Below are positions 15,001-24,000 of a stretch of DNA of 64,000 nt, one piece after another. The notes below the pieces were generated by a model. The model was given only the letters and a program-made list of their open reading frames with translations. It made no database searches and was not told the origin of the DNA. Made by a program: the position numbers and the translations under genes. The stretch lies in the NCBI GenBank assembly GCA_043797125.1, contig JAZDPX010000045.1:72338-136337 (forward strand), written 5' to 3'. The DNA comes from Candidatus Omnitrophota bacterium (GTDB taxonomy: Bacteria; Omnitrophota; Gorgyraeia; JABMRG01; JAFGKX01). Within the stretch, counting starts at the first letter, position 1; each line of letters opens with the position of its first letter.

Positions 15001-18000
15001 TGCGTGAGCTATGGGCCCCCCGCGATAAAGCCTGAAACTATTTTTTACTACGATAATATCGATTTTTTTACCGACCCGGATTAGTTCTTCGCGGGCCTGA
15101 TCTTCTTTCAGCCCCAGTTTATCTGCCATGGTTTTTACATCAAAACCTTCGAGTTCGGCAGTGCGGTGAATTTTCCCCCGCACGCGCCCAAGTCTTTCTT
15201 GCATGTGGTTTTCCCACCAATCATATATATTAATTCTATACATTCTGTTTTCATCTATTATCTTCTTAAGCTCTTCGTTGCTCACTTCGTGTACGAGCTC
15301 TTTATCCGCCATGTCGGGAGATTCTTCCCGGCCGAGGCGCAATGCCGCCCAAAGCATGCGAATCCTCCTCCAAAGCCTAAGCCATGCTCCGCCAATCTGT
15401 GTCATCAGCGTGCCTGCTATGGCAATGCCGCTTGCGTTTGGCTTATTCGCGCTTATCTCCTTTGCAACTTCGCTCTTTTTTGGCTCTCCGGTTTTTTCTA
15501 CAATGCCTGTTTCTTCAAGAAATTCCGCGCCTGCGGGCGGCCACTGAGCGTTGTAGATTCCGTTGCCGTGCGTGCCTGTGCCGATTTTACCGACTATGTC
15601 AGTGCCGTATTCTTTCAAGTAGGGGACAGAATTACCTGTGCAGTATTGCAAATAGGTTCCAACTTCTATTTCCTCTTCTGTAAGCCTGGCTGTATCATAT
15701 CCATGCCTTTTAACTTCTTTTATAAAATTATCCCTGTCTTCGAGAAGGAGCGCACCATGCGCTATAAGAGCGTCTTTTGGGCTTAAGAATGTGCCTAGCG
15801 GGAAGTTATCCCCTGCCTCATTGTTATAGGTTGTTCCGCCCCTTACAAAACCTTTGTAATTTTGCGGCAGGAATCCCTTTTTCCTTAACCGCTCTTCAGA
15901 TTCTCCAAACCTATCCAAGCCAAGCGGGAGGGCAATATGGAAAACAGTTTCTTCGCCTGCGATACAATCTTGGGCAAACGCAATGTAGCCTTCGGCGAAT
16001 GCCGCGCTTATAAAATAACTTAAATCAATATCTATCCCGTTTTCTGCCATTTGCTTATGCGCCTCAAGCAGCGGATAAACGACTTCGGGCATGCAAAGAT
16101 ACAAAAGGATCTTTTGCGGCGCTCGGTTATATTTTGCTTCGATGTCCTGTCTTATCTTTTTAACTTTATCCGTGCCGATTAAATCAATGCTCTTATTAAC
16201 AACAGCCATAACTCCAGGGCTATTTACCCCCGGCTCGAATTGCATATAAGGCAGGGCTTTTTTAAAATCATCTTTGAATACCCCTAATGCTTTGTTTTTG
16301 ATTTCGTCAGGAGCGGGGTTTTCGTCGGAGGCAAGGATTAAAAGGCTATCTGCTACAGAATAATAAAAGTGGTTTTTAACATCATTGCTTTTTAGAATAT
16401 CTATTAGCGTGCCCAAAACGCTGATTTTGCCTTGTTCTGCAGCATAACGCAAGCCATAAGAGGCAACTGTAGCGCCCATAGAAACTAATTTACGCAGTGT
16501 TTTATAAATATTTGGGTTATCAATATCTATAAGAACTCTGAGGGCAGCAAAATCAAAGTCCTGATTTTTGCCTTCTGCGGTGGGATTTATCAATACATCT
16601 GTATCCATATATTTTAAAAGCTGCCGCATTTTTGCATCGTCTTTAAGGTCCGCGCTTGCTGCCCTTATTGTGGCCCAGGCATTGCCTTTCAGGATTAAAT
16701 TAATAAGCTCCCCCCGAGCAGCAACATTGCCTGCGTTAACCATAGTCGCTAAGGCGTTTGCAGAAGGGCTGTCTGTAAAAAGATGTTCTAAGGCAATATT
16801 TTCTGCAAACTTATCCGGGTTAATCTCTTTTAAAGCCTGTTTAGCGGTCTTCCTGGCTCTGCCATAGGTTGCATTTTCTAAAACAGATACAGCCTCTGCC
16901 TCCCCTAAGTTGCCTAACTTAACAAGGCAGGAAAAAGCTGTGGGGTTATCAAAGCCTGTTAGTTTATCAATCCAATAAATGGCATCTAACTTATTGGGTG
17001 TGTATTTAAGAAGTGGTGCGGCGTCAATCTGTTTTAATTTTTCTTCGATATACCCAGAACCGCCTCTGGCCATATCAATTAAGCTCCCCATGATGCCCAA
17101 GCTAATCATTGGCTCGGTATCTGCTCTCTCATAGTATAAATTAATAAGGTCATCCGCTGCTTGTGCGTCTTCGGCAGCGCGTTTGAGCAAATCAGTTATG
17201 TCTTTGTCCAGCATCGGCACATTGCTAATAGAAACAGGGGCTGTTTTACTCAACGAGGCTTGCGGCTTTTTATTAAAATATTGGTCTATTCTCTTTAGCG
17301 TTTCGTCGGGATTGCGTACTAGATATGTGAGGGCAGCGAATATCCCTGCGCCTATTATAAATATCTTTACAAATGGATTCTTCAACATGCTTTCTGCCAT
17401 ATCCGCTTCGCATATTGTCGCAGGAAGAGGCTCGCGTAATGCCTTGGCTGCTCTGTTAAGTTTGCGCTGCAGCCCTTTGCTATGAGAAATAATTTTATGG
17501 TCTGCGTAGGGGTCAAGAATATGCTTTGCTTCTTCCAGAAGCAGAAGCGCTATATCTTCGTCTGTGATTTTTTCGCTTGCGAAGAGCTTCTCCCCAAGCC
17601 ATATGGCTGTGTCACCTTTTTTAGAGACTCCGCGCCTTGTGTGCGCGTATGGGCCTTCGTGGTGGAGGGTCAGGCGGTTCTTTACTATAATGACGTTTAT
17701 TGGTTGTGCAATTTGAATTAGTCTTTGGCGGATTTGGTCTTGGGTAAGGTTTAGTTTTTTGGCAAGTTTTTTTACGTTTAGGGCATCGCTATTAGCAACA
17801 GCTTCGAGCGCTTCAGGTGAGCGTATACGTACAAGCGCCCTATGAACAGCTTTCTTCTGTTTCTCATCTGCTTCGTGCGAAATCTCTTTCTTCACCATGT
17901 CCGGGGACTGCCCGGGTTTCTTGCCCGTCTTCAAAACATCCTTTATCACCTTTACGGGACTACGCAGAAAATACTTTAAGCTAATACCTGCGGGCAGAGA

Positions 18001-21000
18001 TTTCATAAATGCGTCTGCGTTTTTGTAGGGCCTGTTTTCAGGCGCCATTTTGCTGAATATTACATCTAAAATTTCCCTGGCGCTCATGCCGTTGGTAAGA
18101 TAGCCTGTTTTCTTAAAAAACATCGCGGGTAGCATATGTTCATTGCCTTTTGTTTTTATCCCCAAGTCTGTCGCTATAAGGCCGTATAGAAGATCCTTAT
18201 AGGTTTTTTTATCTATTTTGCATTCTTCAACAGCGCCGACATCGATTAGATAGACCTTTATCTTCCCATCTTTTCTTACTATTCTGAAATTCCCGCCGTG
18301 CGGGTCAGCAAGATAAAGGCCTTTGCCAAACAACTGAACCATTAAAAAGTCAAATATTGTCTTTTTTAACTTTATAAGCTCTGCCTCTGTAAAACCCGCT
18401 TTGGCCTTAAGTTCTTCTTTGTTGTCTAAATCGCTGCCTGCAATTTTTTCCGCGTAAAGCACCGTCTCGGTGGAGTCTTCTCTTATTTTTGGGACTAAAA
18501 ATTCTATTTTTTCGCCCGAAGAAAACTTGTAGCCATTCTCTTTGTTTATTTCTGCAAGCTGCTTTTCCAGCTTCTTTGTGTTTTCTATTTCTCTCTTAAA
18601 GTCCGCGTCCCTTCCCAGGCCTTCCGATGCCCTGCTTTCAAACCCGTGCGGGATTTTTAACCCTTTCTTTCTTAATGAAGTGCATACGCGCCTGAAGAAG
18701 GCTGTCTCCTCATCTAAATAGTGCTGGACATCCGGCCTCTTAATTTTCAGGGCAAGCTCTTCATTGTTATAATCTTCGGCCTCAAAGACAATTTTTATCT
18801 TTGCCGAGCCCAGCGGTTTTCCTATTCTTTTTATCTTGCCCTGCTGGTTTGTGTTTTTAAGTGTTTCAAACGCCACTTTTTTGGTTAATGGGTTTGCTTT
18901 TGAAGACAGTGCGGCAAAGGCGTTTCTTAAAGCCTGCGGAATCCTCACATCCTCCGAAAAAACGAGAATCTGCGCAACCTGTATGCCTATAACATCCAGC
19001 GATTCCATAACCTTCGGAATGATTTCATAATACGCATGGCTGGTTTGGCCTTCCTGTTTTAATAAAAAGGCAAAGTTTACAAACAGGGCCTTGACAACCT
19101 TAAGCCTTTTTGCGCCATCAGCTTCTTGCATAATGGTTAAAAATATCTTTTTTAAATCCCCCTGCTTTATGTCCTTGCCCAGTTCTGTCTTTTTTATAAT
19201 AAAATTGTATACTGTATCGATAAGTTTCATAAAAATCTTCTCATTTTTTAATATACCGTCTTTGCCTAAAAACATCTCCCCGATGAGAAGCTCTCTTGTG
19301 CCTTCTCCGGCATGCGGATAGGCCGCGCTTGGTGATATGGAATAAATATCTTTTAAGGGCTCAAAGGACACACCCAGAAGTTCCTCGTATTCCCGCATGA
19401 ATAGTGGCATTTGGCTTATCCCCGCTATCCACAGAACAAAATCCTTCTTTTCCTCGCACGACATCCGCTCAAATAAAACCTTGAATTTCTCCTCATAGTA
19501 AACATTCTTAATCTTGTCTTCGTCATCCAAAATACCCTTTTTCTCCGCATAGAATAGGCCTGATATCTGTTCATATTCCTGGAACGTCTCGACCTTTTCT
19601 AAAACGCTTTTTAAAATGTCATCGCGCGAGTAGCTCTGGTCGGGGAAATACTTTTTGATTAACTCTATCTCATCATTTATATGCATATCGGGCTTAAGGG
19701 CCTTTTCCAGTTCCAGCGCCTTCAGGGAATACTTGTCTCTAAAATAGGCATTATAGAATTCCCCTAGCAGATTTTGCAGATGTATAACTTTTTCTGTTTC
19801 GCTAATGCCTATATCGCTTAGTACGTTTTCTGCTATCATCTCAAGGTATTTGTCTCTTAGTGGCTGCGAGCGCGGCAGCAGGCTAAGAATATAATTTATC
19901 TTGCCCTCAACGGCTATCTCTGCTTCTATTTTAGCTTCTATATTTTGCTCAAGAGCCGTTGCTATGGCTGCGTCCGGTTGGGCAAGCTTTTGCTGGTGGT
20001 TAAAATCAAAATAAAATATCCCGATTTTCGAAACACCAGCGTGTTTTCTTTTCCTTGCAATATATGACAGAATGGCCTTTCTTAAAAAAATCAGTTCCGC
20101 GTTAGTATAAATTACTCCTATTATCTCCTCCAAATAGTAATTTTTAATAAGCGGAACAAATGCTGCTATTTTGCCGGCTTCTAACGCCTCTTGGGCGCCT
20201 TCGGTGTCTAAGCCTTTTTTATCCATGATTTTTTTAATTTTCTTTACATATCTGCTTTTTAAAAAGTTGTGTTCAAAAAGCCATAATTCAGCCGGGGATA
20301 TTGACAAGTTAAACAGGTTCGCTAAAATAGAAACGTACCCACTGGTTTTCTCGTAAACATATTTGGTTTTCCTAACAACGTAGTCAAGAAAAGCGTGCCT
20401 TTTTTTCCCTCGCAGCTCTTTTAGATAGGTTTTAATCGTTTCTTTTAGCGCTAAATGAACATACGCGCCCACACCTATACCGCCTTCTTTATCTCCCTTT
20501 GCCTTTCTCTGCAGATAAAGAAAAAGGCTCGCGTTTGTTGTAGCAAGTTTATCATCCGAAACCATATGCGGTAATACTTGTTCGAGCTTTTTCATAAATT
20601 CTTTGTCTTCTTTTGCGATTTCATTGAACGATTGCAGATCATACGGATTAAGCTGCTGGTGGTTCTTTTTAATCTCTCTTGCCAATAATGAAAAAAGGAC
20701 AAAATTTCTAAAATAACTTGGGGGAAGTTGCTTGAGCGTAATTTTAATAAGGCCTTCAAAACTTATGCTTGAGTTTAGAATAAAGCCGAATAACCCTTCG
20801 AAGAAATCCTGCCTGCTTCCTGCAAAATCTGTTCTGTCCCCGTAAAAGGGGAGGTTGAACATCTTTTGAAAAAACGGTTCATATTGCATGGAAAATGCTG
20901 TGTTTGGGTTTGCTTTCTTTTCCGTCATGCTAATATTGGACTCCAAACGATCCCTGCCTGCTTTTGAAAGAGGGTTTTTTCTCTTGAATTGTTTTTGCCC

Positions 21001-24000
21001 TAAGTCCAGTTTGTAGCATAGCTCATCCAGCTTTTCCTTTGTTGCTGGGGTGCCTATGGTCTCAAAAAACACCCTTATGCATAAAGGCAGGATAACTTCT
21101 GACGGCTCTGTTACATTTTGCATGCCATCAACTAAGAATGATGTTTCAAATATATCTCTGCCGGAAAAGGCCCGTAAATCAACTTTCTTTTTAGGCGTTA
21201 AGTTATATTTCTCTTTATATAGTTTTGCTAAGTATGCGCTATTTAAAAATTCAACTAATACCCTTCTGTCCTTTATGCCCCTTGCCTTGTATGCATCAAA
21301 AAGGTCTTTTGTTAAGAGTCCGCCGCTGTTAAAAAAACGTATCATAATCTTTGTTTGCTGGCCTAGAGTGTTTGGGTTTACCTCTATGCCAGCTTGTTTA
21401 AAAATTTCTATTAGCTGTTTATCAAATGCTTCGGGCGTGGGAACGCAGCTTTTAAGTTCGTATAACAGCCTTTCTGATAGCGCCATGGGGGTTGTTGCGT
21501 GTTTATTGGATGAATAATAATACTGCAAAAGCTGCTCTAGTGTGTTTATGCGTTCTTCTTTGGCTTTTGGCTCTTTCCAAAAATCAAACATCATAATAAT
21601 GGTTTCGTCCAAGTTCCATGGGAGGGTGGCGCTCAAAAACAGATCCAATAACTGCGTTTTGCCTGTTTTTAATTCCTCCAAAGCATCTGTTGCTATTGTT
21701 TCATAAATCATTTTTTTATCAGCTTTATCTGTTATGCGCTCCAGCATCTTTGCAAAAAAGGTCTCCATGGATTTTTTGTCGAGGCTTTCCTCGCGATAGT
21801 GTTTGTATAAAAATTCAAAAACCGTTTTGCGCACGGCCGTTCTGGAATAAACCAAAAACGGATATTTCATAAGAAAATCAGCTTTTGCTTTATTGTCTAA
21901 TCCTGTATCTTCTAAAAGCCTGTTCGTTAATAAAGAAAGATCGTTGAAGCCGACTAAAAGCCCCTCTTGCCTGCTCGCGGTTGTCATAATGTCTTCCCAG
22001 TCTTGCCATGAAAGCTTATCGCTTATAGCAAAGGCCCCTTCCCAAATAAATTCTATATAAGTAAGCAGGGACTCCCCGACAAAAGAAAACGTAATGGTAT
22101 CCTGGGGCATTAGAAAGTTCTGCGCTGTTTGCAGATATGCGATTATGTCGTTTTTGTTGTTCAGCTTTCCTTTTAATGTATTTTTAAGCCGATTTTCCAA
22201 TATTTCCCGGAAGATACGCCTACTATCATCATGCCTTGAAGAGTGCTGAGAAGGCTTCGTTTCTATTTGGGGCCATGAATCTTTAAGAAGCTTAAATTTT
22301 ACCATTTCCGCCATTGTCGTGCCAAGGCTTTGTTTTATTGTCGCGAAGAAATTTTTATAATCCTGCCTTAATTGCGCATATTTTTGCTGCGTAAGTATTG
22401 TGTCGTAAACTCCATATGCCTCGGGCCTCATGCGTTTAAATGTGAAAACTTTGTACGGCGTAGGAGGGGTTATGTCCTCAAGAAGAAGCTTGGTTATATC
22501 CTGGTAATCATCGTTGTTGCCGCATATTAACGCGAAAATCAAAGCCGGCAGATAATGCTTCTCATTATCTTTTGTGGTTATGTCGTTCGGGACTGCTTTT
22601 AACGCGCTATCAAGGCCCTCAACTAATATTTCAAAAATATGCTCTGGAAAAGACGCGGCTTTCTCCAATAGTTGTGTCAGCTCATTTATGTTTTTTACCG
22701 AGTAAGAGCTCTCTATTGTTTCCAGCAGCAGCGTTTTATTGGATAGCTGCCCTAGGGCCTTTTGTGAAAATAGATGTTTTGTCTTTGTGTTTATCCAGTT
22801 ACTGCTGTCTAAAATTTCTTTTATCAACTTAATCCTTTTCTCATCCGGAAGGTGCACGTCAATTAAATCAACCGCTGTTCTAAGAAGATCCGGGAGTTTA
22901 TCCAGCTTGCTTAATATATCAAAGGTCTTGGCAGCTTCTAAGACATTGTAGCTTGCTGAGTTCATTAGCGTCAAAGCCCAGACATCTGCGTCTATTTCCT
23001 GCGCAAATTTTTCTTTAAGGGTGGTCCCCTTTCCTTGGACCATGTGCCGTATCTCGTGCGCCAGAATAAAGGCTATTACGTCTTTGGTTAAGCATTCGTT
23101 TTTCTGGAAATGCTTTAAAAGCCCCAGGGAAATGCATACAATTTTATGGTTGGTGATAGTAAATGCCGTTACCTCATCTGTTTCTAACAGATATAGCGCT
23201 GCGTCGGCCCATTCTTTTCCTGTTAAATGGGCGCAGAGCTTCTGAAATATCTCGTTGATTTCTTGATAAAGGCCGGAAAACGGCGAGGCTTCGCCATCTT
23301 CTATAAGACAGTGCATTCTCTTCAAAATATCTATTGTGGACCTTTTTCCATTTGCATCGGTGGCAGCAGTTAATCCTGCTATATCTACATCTTCAGGCAA
23401 GTCTGGTGAGCGTATTCGCGTAGGCGCCTTAGGAGCATCTCTTGGGCCTTTTTCTTCTTTGGTAATTGTGTATGTTTCTCTTTTGTCCAGCACGCTCTTA
23501 AGCTCTTCGTTGCGCTCCTGGTGCGGGATCTGTTTCTTGGCCATATCCGGGGATTGCTCTGGGTTACCAGTTTGCAGCGTTGTAGCGCGGGCAGGCTGCC
23601 CAACAACTATTTCTAATTTGTAGTCCTTAAGATCCAGTGGCACTAACAGCGCCTCGCCCAACGCAGGCACAGGGAAGTTTTTCTCTTCTGTTTCTGTTGG
23701 AGGAAGCCACATAAGGTCAAACTGGCCCCTAATTTCAACATTTGCGTTTATTCCTGCGGCCTTAAAGCGCCTAACCATGTATCTATATTGCTTTTTGACT
23801 GCTTCATCTACATGTGCCCTAAATTCCTCTCGCGACTCTTCTGGAATATTAAACATTTCGTACAGCGGGTTATATACGTCCTTCCACCCAAGCACCGCGG
23901 CTCTTTCCTCGCGGCCCGTATAATTAGAAAACTCTGCCGAGCTGCCTATACGCGCAAACGTGCCTTCCATGCCGCTTGCTGCGTCTGTGTCATAAACAAG

